Translations under genes and position numbers: made by a program
The notes under the pieces: generated by a model
Database searches by the model: none
The model's input: the letters and a program-made list of their open reading frames with translations, nothing else
Told to the model about the DNA's origin: nothing
Assembly (NCBI GenBank): GCA_010015805.1
Contig: ML978121.1
Location: forward strand, 2,046,001-2,110,000
Reading direction: 5' to 3'
From: Rhizodiscina lignyota
Taxonomy: Eukaryota
Length of the DNA: 64,000 nt
Shown here: piece by piece, positions 50,755 to 63,719 of the stretch
How the letters are laid out: each line of letters begins with the position of its first letter
How positions within the stretch are numbered: the first letter of the stretch is position 1

Positions 50755-51426
50755 ATGGAGCACAAGAACGACTTTCTCGATTCGGACTCGCCTACCAGCC
50801 CCGACGATAGCGCTTTCTCCGAGTACGAAGAGACGCCTACTCGTCAGCGCAAGGGCAAGAACGTTGCGGCGCCTCGCAGCACTCAAGGTCGCATCACACA
50901 CCAGAGCGGCACCCGCATCAACACGCAACAATTCAACACCTTCGATCGCACGCCTCGTCCTAAGCAAGCAGAAAAAGAGGAGGAAATAGTTGATCTCATG
51001 GATTCGGACACTGGCACCAGCGCTCGCGGTTCTCCTGCACGTCTCACCTACTCCAATGCTCCCGAAGTCCCAAGCACAACTCAAGGCAGCTCGCATGTTC
51101 ACGTCCCAATCCCGAGTTTTCATCTCGGCTATGTTTCCTCTAGGCTTTTGCCTGTGTTTTCTGCATCCCGCTCTGTCTCCCCACTGGAGTTGCCCCCTCC
51201 TCTCTTTGCTCCTCCTGTAACCTCTCCTGTAACCGCTGCCACATCACGCGCACCTCTTCCGCAGCCCACTCATGGTACCTGTTTCTGTTGGCGGCTCTCA
51301 CGTGACCTCCCAACCCCAAGACCCTCCTGCTCCAAGTCCTACTGCATAGGCTTACTACCCAAAGCAGTTTCGCTCAAGCCGCCGAGGACATACAGAACGT
51401 CCTGGCCGCACTCAGATCGATCATGA
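50755..51426 (+). CDS. Possible upstream/overlapping ORF (acidic, disordered)
   Basis: ATG in CACAATG context; the first ~120 codons look coding (MEHKNDFLDSDSPTSPDDSAFSEYEETP). The 3' end overlaps the next gene in a different frame. Confidence 0.35.
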   Translation: MEHKNDFLDSDSPTSPDDSAFSEYEETPTRQRKGKNVAAPRSTQGRITHQSGTRINTQQFNTFDRTPRPKQAEKEEEIVDLMDSDTGTSARGSPARLTYSNAPEVPSTTQGSSHVHVPIPSFHLGYVSSRLLPVFSASRSVSPLELPPPLFAPPVTSPVTAATSRAPLPQPTHGTCFCWRLSRDLPTPRPSCSKSYCIGLLPKAVSLKPPRTYRTSWPHSDRS

Positions 51427-52636
51427 CGTCTTCGAGGGCCTTCCCATCCGCCAGTGGCGCCAGGCCGAGGCAACAATCGCTCCACCGCCTACAGCTCAAC
51501 CGATCAAGAACAAGAACGAGTGGCCAGAGCCACCGATGCCCCGCGACTGGCAGCTCTTGCCTGATGTGAGCCAGCAACTTCTTCGTGCCGCCCGTTCTGG
51601 AAAGCTCTACAAGCCTCCAACCCCAACCAATGAGGATGACGACAAGGGCGAAGATGACGACGGCGAAAGTGCCAACAAGGAGACGCAGAAGGGATTCGCG
51701 ATCAAGAAGTGGAGCCAAGTCCCACGCCACATGGAGGGACCGGAGCGCGAGTATCTGGCGAAGAGGCGCAAGGGCTTAGGAAGTGTCTACTCGGTATGGA
51801 GCGGTCATCAAGGCCCGCTGGCGCAGACTGGAGCGATGAGGGAGACAAAGGTCAAGAAAGTCGATGCAGAAGGCAACGTCAACATCTGGAAGGTGCTGGT
51901 ACCAGAGGGTCAGTCGGTCGAGGGCGAGATTGTCGAGGAGACTGCAGAAGCCGTGCCGAGTGCCCCCGCCGCTGCGCCTGGTACTGTCATCGAGGGAGTG
52001 GGTGTCGTCAATGCCGATGGCGTCGTCGTGGCAAGCAGCGAGATCATCCAGCCTACGCCGCCGAGGAGGAAGCCCCCACCACCACGCCGCAAGCCAAAGA
52101 AGGGGCCCGGCCGCGGACACAAGAAGAAGGTTGCTTTCGAGCCCGGCGCAGAAGGTGCGTCCGACACCCAAAATGGCGACACCCAGACGAGCCTTGCTGT
52201 GCCCACCACCGCCGCAGAAGGCGCTACGCCGGCCGAGGGCGACACTCCGATGCCGGACGCGGAGGAGGAGGAGTCTGGCGAGGAAGGGGAGGAGGGCGAG
52301 GAGGGAGATGAGGACGAGGATCGCGAGGAGGGCGAGCTGTCCCCGACACCGGATGATGCGGCCGCGCCCGCGAAGCCCACGACCGGCGCCGACGTCACGT
52401 CCGCCCCTGCACCCGCTGTCGCGCAAACGGTCGAGGAGGGCGCTCCAGCTGCCGAGGAGGTCGCGGCCGCCGATGCTGGCGCCGCAGGCCGCGATGCGTC
52501 GAGCTCGCCTGATGAGCCACTTGCCACCAGTGGCCACAGCAGGTCGGGCTCGCTCACGCAGCCTGCGGTCGACCTTTTGGGCAGTCTGGAGAAGCGCCTG
52601 GAGGAGGAGGAAAAGAAGGCGGAGGAGGAGCTGTAG
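51272..52636 (+). CDS. Conserved fungal hypothetical nuclear protein (acidic, low complexity)
   Basis: Probable ATG-only first exon (51272-51274) with an intron from 51275, then RTQIDHDVFEGLPIRQWR...PMPRDWQLLPDVSQQLLRAAR...REYLAKRRKGL...PPPPRRKPKKGPGRGHKKKV (NLS-like). Confidence 0.8.
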
Positions 52637-54439
52637 GGGAGGTCGAGGACGCTGCATAGGCCCTCCGGGGCACAAATAGTGGAAATTCAAGACGCTGTAC
52701 AAGTCAATTCATACAGATCCTGTGATGTGCCAATGTGATACTCTGTAGATGATGTAAGTGGCGTTGAATGGGGGGACTTGGTGGTTCGGTGGCTCACTTG
52801 TCACGTGTGCTGAAAGGGGAATACGTGGAGTACGGCGGACTGCCGCTATGATCAGGAGGTAAGGCGAAGGATTTCATATGGATTCCCTGATATAGCGATA
52901 TGAAGCTGCCATAATGAGGTAATTCGGGCAAGCAACCAGCGCCGGTCCTTCTCGTCAGGTTGATACCCCAAGGTCGCGCTACTTTTCCAACAATAACACC
53001 ATCAAGCTTTCGCACACCAACACTACAACTAGAGCAAGCGAGAAGGGCTTTAAAAGTGATTCTGTCATGTCATCGATAGAGCTTAGGCTTCGGAAACGCT
53101 GCACTAGCTATAATCGCCGGGCTACAGAGATCTGTTCAACTTGCACTAGCCTATTTGAAAGACTTCACCCCTTGGCAGAAACTGCTGCTATACACAGAAT
53201 ACGATAACCCTACGGAGTTAATTGACTTCGCACTGACTAATAATCAGGCCATCCTCATCCTGGTTGTTTGTGTTACGTCTAGTATAAGAGATAACTGGCC
53301 TAGCGCTGCGAGCCTGCTCTATCTCTTTCAAGTACTCTATAAAGGGTGGATGGTTCGATCCGAGGGCGACTTTCGGCTTGAGGTTATCGCCTGCGGGTGG
53401 GATGGGTGGTCTACTAACCTAGTGAATACGATGGCTCTTACGTAGCTCATGATTTAAATAGTGAAGATGTGATCGGTACATCAGGAGTTGAAGGAAGATG
53501 CCCCGCGAATCAAAACTCTTCGTGACAACATCTTCAAAGCGCAAAAAGACAGGTCTAAACTCCAGAGAAACAGACCTTACATAGCGAGCCTTTACTCAAT
53601 AATTAGGGGTGAAACGGTAGAAGAAGCTTCACGAGATGTCAAATCAACGCTTATTGCTCAAAGTAACTGGAGTAGAAGAACTGACTTTGTATAGAGACGC
53701 ATTACTCAAGACTTAAGAAATAAAGGTGAGTTGAAACCTGGCCGGATGAAGCAATAATGCTGAATAACTTAGGTGTGAACGAGAGAAGAGCCGTTTTTAC
53801 AAGTCAATGTATTGCTCCGTATACAAGGCCTGAACGACAGATCAAACGTCACTAGATATTGAATTAATGCTCAATCCTAAAGGGCCTTGAGTGCGGAAGA
53901 GATGCCTTTCCATGAGGAAGCAAGGCTCAAGGCTCAAGGAGTCGAGGCCAGAAGAAATATCGCTGTAGAACGCATCGATGCTCAATATCCAAATTTTCCG
54001 AGAGAAAGAACGCATCCTTATGCAAGGAAATGATGCTGAACAGCCGAGGCCCCAAGGGTAGAAGAGCCACCTTTGCAACGAGAGGGATTGCCCCAAAGTC
54101 AGGGCATAATCCAAGGACGAAAGGCCATTTTGTAAGACCTCAATGCTCGATACTTCAGGTTGAATTCCGAGGAGAATATACTTGTATAGTATATAGATGC
54201 TGACGTTCAGGGTCCGAACGGCAGATGAACGGTTTTCCCATATCAAATTCGCATTCGGCTTCTCGGCACGCAATGTCGATCAGATTTCTCTCTGAGAACG
54301 ACACAGAATTATTGAATAAATAACATTATCTTTGAATACAGTCAAGAGCACGGAGATAAAGAGCCTCATATACAGCCTCATTGGTGTTGGAGAACAAAAA
54401 TAATTTATTTGGCGGGCCTTCAACCTTATCTAATTCAAC

Positions 54440-55813
54440 ATGCCGTCCGCAATCTCCACCATTATCACAGAGCATCTCCCCAGCCTCGACAGCTACGAAC
54501 CACTCTACAAACACCTTCACGCAAACCCGGAACTTTCATTTCAAGAGAAGGAGACGGCTGCCCGCATTGTTGAAGAGCTTGGGAAGTTCCCAGTTGAAAT
54601 CCATTCCGGTATCGGCGGCCATGGCATTGCTGCGGTCTTGAAGAATGGGGAAGGCAAAGCGGTGTTATTGAGAGCCGACTTTGACGCTCTGCCCGTGGAG
54701 GAGCTGACTGGGTTACCTTATGCGAGCAAGAAAAGGATGGTGGATTTGGAGGGGAACGAGAAGCCGGTTATGCACGCTTGCGGGCACGACATGCATGTTG
54801 CGTGCCTGTTGGCAGCGACGGAGTTGATGGTCAAGGCGAAAGAGAAGTGGAGCGGAACGCTCATTCTATGCTTTCAGCCTGCCGAGGAGAAGGGCGCTGG
54901 AGCGGTAACTGCAGCTATCCTGCATTGGATGCTTCTGCGGCTAACGACATGCAGCAAGCCATGGTCGACGATGGGCTTTACGACAAGATTCCGAAGCCAG
55001 ACATTGTGCTCGGCGGTCATGTCTTCCCGATGAGAGCTGGAGTTATAGGTACGAAGAAAGGAACGGTCATGTCTGCGGCGGATTCTTTCCAGTAAGCATC
55101 ACATCGTCTCCGAAATTCCTTGAGGGAATGCTGATCCTGTCAGCATCACCATGCACGGTCGTGGCAGCCACGGCTCCCAACCTCACCGCAGTGTTGATCC
55201 AGTCGTCATGGCTGCAAGCACCGTCATGCGCCTCCAATCGGTGATCTCGCGAGAAACCAATCCAGAGGACTTTGCCGTCCTCACTGTAGGTGCGCTGAAC
55301 GTTGGCGACGCAGAGAATGTCATTCCCGCGAAGGCAGAACTAAAAATCAATATTCGCAACTTCAATGCTGAGACCCGACCGCGAGTGATCGAGGGTATCA
55401 AGAGAATTGTCAATGCAGAGAGCTTGGCGAGTAATGCGCCCGCGCCGCCAGATATCAAGGAGACGACGGCTTTCCCGCTCACCATCAACGACGAAGATGT
55501 CACAACGAAAGTCACAGAGGTATTTACAGAGCACTTCCCACCGGCACCACATGGTTTCCTCCCCGACACGGGTCGGCTGTTCGGTAGCGAGGATTTTGGG
55601 ATCCTGGGATCGGCAATCGGGCGACCGTATTGTTACTTCGTATATGGAGGCACGGATCCAGAGGTGTGGGATAAAGCAATAAAGGAGGGAAAAGCGACCG
55701 AGGTTGTGCCTGTGAACCATAGTCCTTTCTTTGCACCGGTCATACAGCCAACTATGAGAGTGGGCGTCGAGGGATATACCGCATCCGCATTAACTTGGTT
55801 GATAAAGCAGTAA
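54440..55813 (+). CDS. M20D-family amidohydrolase (hippurate hydrolase-like; 3 exons)
   Basis: LHANPELSFQE, LLRADFDALPV, MHACGHDMH, FQPAEE, HGRGSHGSQPH, GSEDF, NHSPFF. Introns 54905-54954 and 55092-55143. Confidence 0.93.
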
Positions 55814-55958
55814 GCTGCGAGGTGTGTATCCTGTTTGTTAAGATCTGGATGCTGATATACCACGTCTACTTGGGGCTTTGTTGCAACTCTTCAAGGCCTC
55901 TCCTGCAAATCTTCAAACAATGATAACGTACGAGAGTCTGCTTCAGCGTCGTGGGCGC

Positions 55959-56702
55959 TCAAAAGCTTACGCCCTGGGTCTTAAGTGCTTCAATAACTTC
56001 TGGTTCCAGTGCAATCTCCACAGTTGTCGGCTTCCACACAGGTATATTTGAGTCAAAGATATTACCGGGTGAGTATTGCCAACCAATACTCAGATACTTG
56101 AGGAGCCACTCGCGATCCGCTTTATAGCGGATTGAATCAATGACTTGTAAGCAAGTATAGCAATTGGTTTGATCCATTGAGAGCCACCCCATCTTTTGGA
56201 ACTCACCAAGTACCTCTTGAAGCCACGAAACGTCATCTTGTTCGTACGGCGATTCGCCCCGTTTAGGCCCTTTCCGCAATATGTTCGCCAGAGCCGTAAA
56301 ACACTGGTCCGGAATTTCCTTCAGCTCCAATTGCCCAATAAGTGCCATACCTATCGCCCGTTCCATCAATTGGACTCTCACAACTTCTATGTCTAATGGC
56401 AGCGCACCGTGTTCGTAGAGAATACGCAGTACCCGGTTTGGCTCGGCTTGCCGGAAGAAGGCTTTGAAATATACACCATCTAGTTTGAAGAGATACCCAT
56501 TGCGAGAGTACGGCCACCGTTCAAGCCAGATGCCCCATTTGTACGCTCTAGCGGCTTGGTGACGATCGAGGTGGCCTTGACTGAGGCGCCAGTGTCGTCC
56601 GAGATTACTTACAATGGGGGTGACAAAGGGAACTACGAAGATCCGGTAACGGTGCGGAGACGAAGGCTCTACTGTCGAAGCTGGAATGTAAGAGTCTGAC
56701 AT
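55959..56702 (-). CDS. Hypothetical protein; possible distant member of the novel helical family
   Basis: About 247-aa intronless ORF containing ARAYKW, VQLMERAI and WLQEVLGEFQKMGWL. Confidence 0.6.
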   Translation of the reverse strand: MSDSYIPASTVEPSSPHRYRIFVVPFVTPIVSNLGRHWRLSQGHLDRHQAARAYKWGIWLERWPYSRNGYLFKLDGVYFKAFFRQAEPNRVLRILYEHGALPLDIEVVRVQLMERAIGMALIGQLELKEIPDQCFTALANILRKGPKRGESPYEQDDVSWLQEVLGEFQKMGWLSMDQTNCYTCLQVIDSIRYKADREWLLKYLSIGWQYSPGNIFDSNIPVWKPTTVEIALEPEVIEALKTQGVSF

Positions 56703-58771
56703 TTCTTGCAGCAACTTCTTCCCTGTTATCAGTATTTACGAGAAAGTATACACGTGTCAATGAATGTTTTCTACGGCTTGACTGGAATTCCAGCTTTATA
56801 CATATTTTCAGCCCATCCCTGAATACCTGATTGATATTTATCAGTCAAGGATACCTAAATCGAAACCCAATGTCGATGAGCGCTTGGAGGAGGAACAGGA
56901 AAGGCAATCATCTCGTCATGCGAGCCCAATCCCAACATCGCAAGGGACAAATAACGATGGGAAGGTAGTCTGTGTCATTGTAATACATTTGGCACGAGTT
57001 CTGGGATCAGGGTGCTGAACCATCGTATTCACAATGTAGCAATAATTCCGTACTCCCGTCAGGGTCCTTTTATCGTCGCGGTAGCGTTCACGTGGACGTG
57101 CGCGTGCTTGAGGCCTGTCGTTCTGTATGAGGCATTTACGTTGATATATGCAGCTGTAAACATATATGGTATCAAATCAGATTCTCATTTACGTCGGTTG
57201 CGCATTCCATGTCTGACAAGGCTTGAGTTGACAGGCGGGAACATGCATTCGAACCTGCACGACGGTAACAAGCAGGAAGAGGCAACGGTCGACTGATCCT
57301 TACAAGACGCACGAGATCCTGGCTTTCCGAGTAACCTTCGCGTAAGTGAGGAAGAGCACAGAAAGAAACCTGGAATCTGCAGGGAGTTGAGGTGGCCTCG
57401 GGAGTGACCATACGATTATACGATAATAATAAACTGGAAATCCTAAATCGTCAACGTCATTCTAGAGATGCGGCAGCATTGCGCAGAAACAGGTGCAAAT
57501 GCTTAATTCTATACATGCTGCGTGATTAATGGCAATTTCGTGGATCTCATTATGCGTAAAATTCACAGAGCTTAGGAAGAAAACTGCTACTTTCGCGCAG
57601 TTTGCATTCAGTTTCAACTCGATCTCGCTGCTATGGCGGTTACATTTTTTCACCAATAATCTCTCTCAGCAGCTCACATATATACGTTTACTTCTATGCT
57701 CCCTTAGACTGGGCTTCAAGGGGCATACAACTTGGAGGTTATCGGTCCGACGAATGAAACATTTGTTCTTTTGTACCTCCGCTAGCTATATGTAGTGCCC
57801 TATCTGTAATTCTAGCTACACCCTCACAAGGGATCCAATGAATTTTTCTTAAGAGCATGACGTCTCTCTTTATATGCCGATGACACCTCTACTTCAAGAT
57901 GCTTGGCCCGTTTCGAATGAGGCAGAGCGCCATGAGGACCGATGAGCATCTTGCAAGAAGGTCCAAGTGAATACTGTGCCGCATTGATGACTACACTAAA
58001 ATCCGCTCAAGTAGTAAATCCCTGGTATCTGCTAATTCATATACGGCATATGAAGTTGAAATGTACGCTTCACTGCTCACGAATACAGTAAGTTTTCAGG
58101 AACCATGGCGGCGGCTCACTGTAACAGGAGAGTAGAATTAGGTACAGAGAGAAGATTGTCCTGTTCCAATGTTAGTTACGCCCACAAAGACCGAATGAAT
58201 AGCGGCAAACGAAGACACCGAGCCTAACCGCTGCAACCTAGAAACACCGCGCACTTAATGAATAAAAGTCTAACTGGAATCTGACGCAATGACTGAAATC
58301 TTTTTCAAATTAGGCTGCGAACGTTAGTGAATCAACCACTTAACACATGCACTCTCTGCCGACGTTAAACGCAATGACGCAGGAACCAAATCGTATAAAC
58401 ATTCTTCGCATACTCAAGTACTTCTCTTTCTTTTGTTCATCCTCCTCTTCGCACTTCGACATTGCAAAGCACCAGCTTTGCAAAGTTGACGTTGCTGGAG
58501 AGAGCAGGAGCGATCGAAGCATATCAACACTACCACAGCGCTCGAGCGCAACTAAAAAGAGAAATCTCTGATCGCAAGTGAGTTTCCATGAACCACCATA
58601 TTTAGCAAAGTGTTACCTCGCATACTTTTCAGGCATGTCGTTTTGCGAAGAAGGAATGAAGGATAGCGAGAAGAAAAACTTGGAGGACTATAATGCACCG
58701 CCCGGAGGCTCGACTCAAGCAAGCACCTTTCCATGGCGGACACTGACAGCTGAGCAGAAGAACGTGAAGAA

Positions 58772-59596
58772 ATGGCGGAGAACACTCGATCAAAGCGCCG
58801 AATCGCCGGCGCGTCTACCGTTCAGACTGAGCCGAATGTCGATGACAACAACAATCATGGCAAGAAGCATATCCACCTCGCCGCTTATCGGTACGAATTG
58901 ACGCCAGAGAACGACGAGGTTCGAAAGAGGAACAGCGATGTTTCGTTTCGGTGGGAGATTGTTGTTGAGAGAGAAAATCTGGCGACCCTACGTAACCGTC
59001 GTCGATATTTTATCGACACGGACTGGAAAGAGATCATCTTCAAGCCAGGCGGCCGTCCATCCCGTAAGTGTAACTCATATGTTTTTCTTCTCCCACGCAG
59101 TGCAGAATGGCAACTGGAGACGGCGTTAACACCAAATGCGCAAATCTCTGTCATCCACAAACCCCGTATGTGATAGAGTGAAGCTGATGTGTGACTAGCA
59201 ACGGGAGCCGAGTGGAAGTACGAGAAGTTGACCGACGCGCCGGAAGGAAAAGATATGATTGGCATCGCCAACGTCGGCAAGATTCCAGAAGAGTGGGAAG
59301 ACGAAGAGTCAAATGGCTTAGAGGGAGAGGTAGACATTATCGACATACTCGCGCAGCGAATCCAGATCACCGACACCGAAACGACGTACTCCTGGGTGAT
59401 GGACCTGCTATACGAAATGCACAGGGTCAAGATGATCTGGAAGAACAGTGTGATTCTGCCAGAGTTGGAGCACTTCCCGCACTGGGATCTCTTCGTGGTC
59501 GAGGTTCGCGACTGGGACGAGAATTGGGTTGAGAATCAGGGCGGCAGGAAGGCAAAGAAGGCTATCACACGTGTCAAATGCTTGGAACTGATGTGA
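58772..59596 (+). CDS. Hypothetical protein, DUF6914-like fungal fold (2 exons)
   Basis: Intron 59064-59198 (GTAAGT...GCTGAT...TAG) joins two ORFs in frame: HIHLAAYRY...FRWEIVV...RYF...EWKYE...MIGIANVGKI...TYSWVMDLL. Confidence 0.55.
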
Positions 59597-60955
59597 GGCA
59601 TGCCCTGAAGGTCGAAAACATCGAAGATCGAGGACATTTGACGAATCGAAACGACACACTGCTGAGGCGAAACTGAGACTGGAGCAGGCACGGCGATACC
59701 GGCGTGAGGGCTGAGTATCGTGGAATTTCTGCAGCTGAGGTAGAATGAAGCACCATTCAGAGAATGCATGATGATCGCCACCCGACGACGAAAACAACTT
59801 CCTTCTATGAACTCATGTGTGTGCCGTGGCAAGTGAGACATTTCGATTCTGGATCAGCGTTTGGCTGTGCAGATATGGAACGCGCAACGTGTACATTCCA
59901 GAGACGCTGGTCGTGCCACTGAATTCCCTAAAGAGTGGATATACTCTCCCGGCGCTTCGGCCGCGGGGCTGATGCAGAGCTGTTCCTCCCCATGGGTCTG
60001 GACCCATAGAAGTAGGGTCTGTGATGTCTCGCGGCGTTGCAACAGGCGCTGAAACTTGAAAGATGCTGCATAGTGCGGCATCGCGCAGCCCTTCGCAAGT
60101 TGTCTCGAACAATAGTCGAAGACTGTATTGTCAGCTGACATGTTTCTCGTATTTATTGCTCCTGTAAACAGCAAATGTTAGGATGGTCGTGAGCCCAAGT
60201 GCGACGAGGCCGTTGAGGTGCGCGAAAACGATTGTTCGGCGTGATGGGTTGTTGGACCATGGCGTCAGAACGGCGCGCGGATGCAATGAGACATGCCGTG
60301 TTCGCACCAAGGTCAAGCGACGTTGCAGAAAAGGGCGGCAGTTCCGAAATTGGAACCGGTGGTACAACAGTACATACGCCCCGTGATTATGTCTTGACCT
60401 GACGCCGAACGGCTGTTCACCTCGCCTAATTGCGATACTGATTGGTCTCGTTTATTACTTTGACTGTGAAGAATCGGAACGTGCCTGGCCTGGCTAACCC
60501 GGATCGCCATTGCAGACGCCATGCCGAGCCCGTCGTACCCGAGCATCTTTGCCTTGCATCGGAATTGGAAAGGTATTGATAGAGTCTGACGTCGTCTCAT
60601 TGACCACACCAGAAAACTGCTAATATTGATATCAAGAGAATATGTGGAATATGTCTCAATATTTTCAAGACAATCGCTGACGTCCGTTGGTCGACGTGCC
60701 AATCAGGACATGCATTGATTGCTGCCAGGTCAGCCTGCTGCGATGGCGCCAACGGCTACGGAGGATTTTTGCACGAGGATTCGAGCCTAAAGAAGGCTGA
60801 CGTGATCTGCACGTGTCCTGTACCGTCCCAATAGTTTAAGGTAGGTATTGTCAAAGTGCGGCAACCCTGGCCAACGCAGAGATGTGTAAACCGCCACCCC
60901 CAGCAAATGGCTTGCGTATGCGAATGCAGATGTGGAGGGGATGCCTTCAATCACC

Positions 60956-61525
60956 TCAATCACTTAGCGTTCCACGTTCTGAAGCTTCTTTCTTCCGTCG
61001 ATCCTTCTCAGCCTTCCTGGCAAGGATTTTGGCGATCCATTCTTCGATTTCCTCCTCTACCTCTTGCTTCGACTTTGTGCCTGGCCTAGCTCCTCCCCCA
61101 ATCTTGCTCCGAAGCCGCAATCGTAGATCTTCCATATTTTGAATCTGCAAAGCCCACATCCAACCTCCCATCATCATCATTCCTGCACTGCAAACACTTA
61201 TCGTAGCTAGACCTAGGGCCTCTACTGCGTCAGGAAAGCCATTGGTTCGTGGGTATGGTGCGTTGTTTGATTGATAGAACCGAGGCTGTGCAAGTTTGTA
61301 GCGCCGCACAAGCGACCGTCGTGTGAGGAGCGACGAATACAGCAGGAATCCAGCACCTCCAGCGAACAAAATTAGTCCACGAGCTGATTTTGACCCCGAT
61401 GCCACTCCAGTCTCGGTGGGTTTGACTGGCTCTGCGCCGTTGTCTCGTTCGGAAGATTGTTTGAGAGGGAGCACGTTCTCCCTCTCTGGAGGCTGCCGGT
61501 CCGCCATACGGTGGAGAAATTGCAT
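60956..61525 (-). CDS. AIM11: Altered inheritance of mitochondria protein 11-like
   Basis: Two TM segments (LILFAGGAGFLLYSSLLTRRSL and AVEALGLATISVCSAGMMMMGGWMWALQIQNMEDLR) and tail EEEIEEWIAKIL. The start could be 61525 or 61507. Confidence 0.7.
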   Translation of the reverse strand: MQFLHRMADRQPPERENVLPLKQSSERDNGAEPVKPTETGVASGSKSARGLILFAGGAGFLLYSSLLTRRSLVRRYKLAQPRFYQSNNAPYPRTNGFPDAVEALGLATISVCSAGMMMMGGWMWALQIQNMEDLRLRLRSKIGGGARPGTKSKQEVEEEIEEWIAKILARKAEKDRRKKEASERGTLSD

Positions 61526-62840
61526 ATGTTCGAAAGCAGTGCCGTTGACCGGCAAGAAAATTGCCTCAATGAGCCTTTGTGAAACGTAATGACTGAGCCG
61601 CCTGCGCAGAGAGAAAGACGCAAGCAATATACAACTGTCTGGCCGCCTGCAAGAGCCGCATAAACGAGGCCTGGCAAAAGAAAAGGGGAGCCAATCGGAA
61701 GCAGGAGGTAAGGAAGGTGTTTTGAGGCAGAAGAAGCGCGCAGAGGAGCTTTGTCAAGCGTCCCACGCGGTTCGTGGTAGAAGTGTTCTGCGTCTCTTCT
61801 GCGACAGTCGGCCGCAGACTTTGCTGCTAAGAAAAGCCCATGCACGCCAAGCGCGCGAAGGCCAAGCGTGACGCAGACGCAGCTGCCCTGTATGCACGGT
61901 GCCGGCCATGGGTTATTGTTCTTCCTTCCGCGCCCGATCTTGTAACCTCCAATCATCCCTCCATCCTGGCCGGCTGACGACGAGCCCAACTGCTCATGCA
62001 CAGCGCCAATAGACTGCGATGATCAATCACTCCACTCATTCCTTCAACGCTCTGCGTGCCACTCCTTCTTGCCAGGGCCCGGATATGTTATACAGCTCGC
62101 CACTTTCGCGGCAGCAATCAGGTACTGATTCACCGATACGCGGCCTCGCAGCCGCTCTAGACTGACTTCATCAAAATGTGGGGAAATACATTCCTCTACC
62201 GGGATGCAAGTTCTTCTCTGGTCCCTCAGGCGGGAGCCAGCGTCAAGAAGAACAGCATGCCAACAAATCTGGGTGTACCTGCGGAGTTTCTAGCGCAATG
62301 AAGCTTAATCGGCTGTGCTCGTGCAACAGCGCACCTTGCAGCCGGTTCAACGAGCTAGAGATTCAGCCCTTGCGAGAAACGTGCGTAGTAGTATGTTCCT
62401 GACATTTCTCACCCTTTCAATACCTCCATATGCTCGCTGTTTTCGGATCTTCATTGGCAAGCCAGGCTGCGCCGCCTTCCTGGGCCCGCCGAGGCCTGGG
62501 TGGTGTTTGCCTTTGCGGCGTTGTATCTCTGCATTATGACCACCATCGGGTGCCCGCTTTCCAATGAGATCTTATTCGATTAGATCTACAGACGTGGTGC
62601 CTCTTTACCACCCAATCATTCGTATCCTCTCTGACACCTCATCCAAGCATCTCCACGACAATCGTGCAGTTGAGAAAGTAGAGTACCTAGTACCTACATC
62701 GACCATGTCTGCATTTGGGTCCATGTTACGCTGCAGGCCGCACATGCTCCAGAATCCTCGGCGTGCCCATTAGGACAGACTCGTTGCAAAGCTGAACTCT
62801 GTGTAGCAGGCCAATTCGAGCTACGTTGAAGAGTAAAAGG

Positions 62841-62846
62841 TATAAA
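62841..62846 (+). promoter_or_regulatory. Putative TATA box
   Basis: TATAAA about 155 nt upstream of the ATG at 62998. Confidence 0.5.
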
Positions 62847-62997
62847 GGCAGGTCTGATTCTCGCAATATCTACCTCTCCATCAGCAACAGCTTCAACACA
62901 ACTTTCGCTACTTCTCGATCGATTCTATCAAGACTCTCTCGCTAGCTTTAGCTTCAAAACTACCCTCGTTGACAGTAGCCTCAACTCCACCATCAAA

Positions 62998-63719
62998 ATG
63001 TTCTTCGATCTCAAGACCCTCGTCGCTCTGGTTGCCTCGAGCTCCCTCGTTGCCGCTGTGCCTGGTGGTTCTCCTCCAGTATACGGCTCGGGCAGCTCCA
63101 GCTCCAGCTCCAGCTCCATCTCCAGCACTGCAAAGGGTGGTAACCACCCATCCACATCTTGCTCCACCAAGTACGAAACCTCCGTCTCGAAGGGCTACAC
63201 CACCTACTACTCCACAAAGGTAATATCATTCTTCCCTTGGGGTACTGGTTTGTGCTGGTACTGACTTTGGAAAAGACTGAGAAGATTCCCGTCACCTACA
63301 CCACTTACATCACCACCAGCTACCCAACCACCATCACCAAGGAGAAATACGAGACCGAGACCTCGACGACCGGCACTGTCAAGACAGTGTACGAGACTGA
63401 CACCTACACGACCAAGGTCCCAGTCACGACGTGGACGGTTCAGACTTATCTCAAGACCAAGACGAACCTCGTGAGTATTTCTGGACGTTCAACACGGCAA
63501 GATTGGAGCTAATACAACACGCAGGTGACCTCCGATAGCATTATCACTAAGACTATCACTGTTCCGGAGACCATCACGACTTATATCCCAAAGACTGAGG
63601 CAGAGACGAGCACGAGCTACTCGCTCAGCTACTCCACCTGCCCAGAGTCCAAAAAGATCTACAAGACAATTACATCTTCTAAGGAGGTCTGCACGACAAA
63701 GGGGGCCAGTGGCTACTAA
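62998..63719 (+). CDS. Secreted Thr/Tyr/Lys-rich (probable cell-wall) protein (3 exons)
   Basis: Signal peptide MFFDLKTLVALVASSSLVAA, a Ser run and Thr-rich repeats. Introns 63220-63275 and 63471-63524. Confidence 0.85.

Noticed and set aside
51709..52702. Several long overlapping ORFs in multiple frames
   Set aside because: GC-rich low-complexity coding sequence depleted in stop codons.
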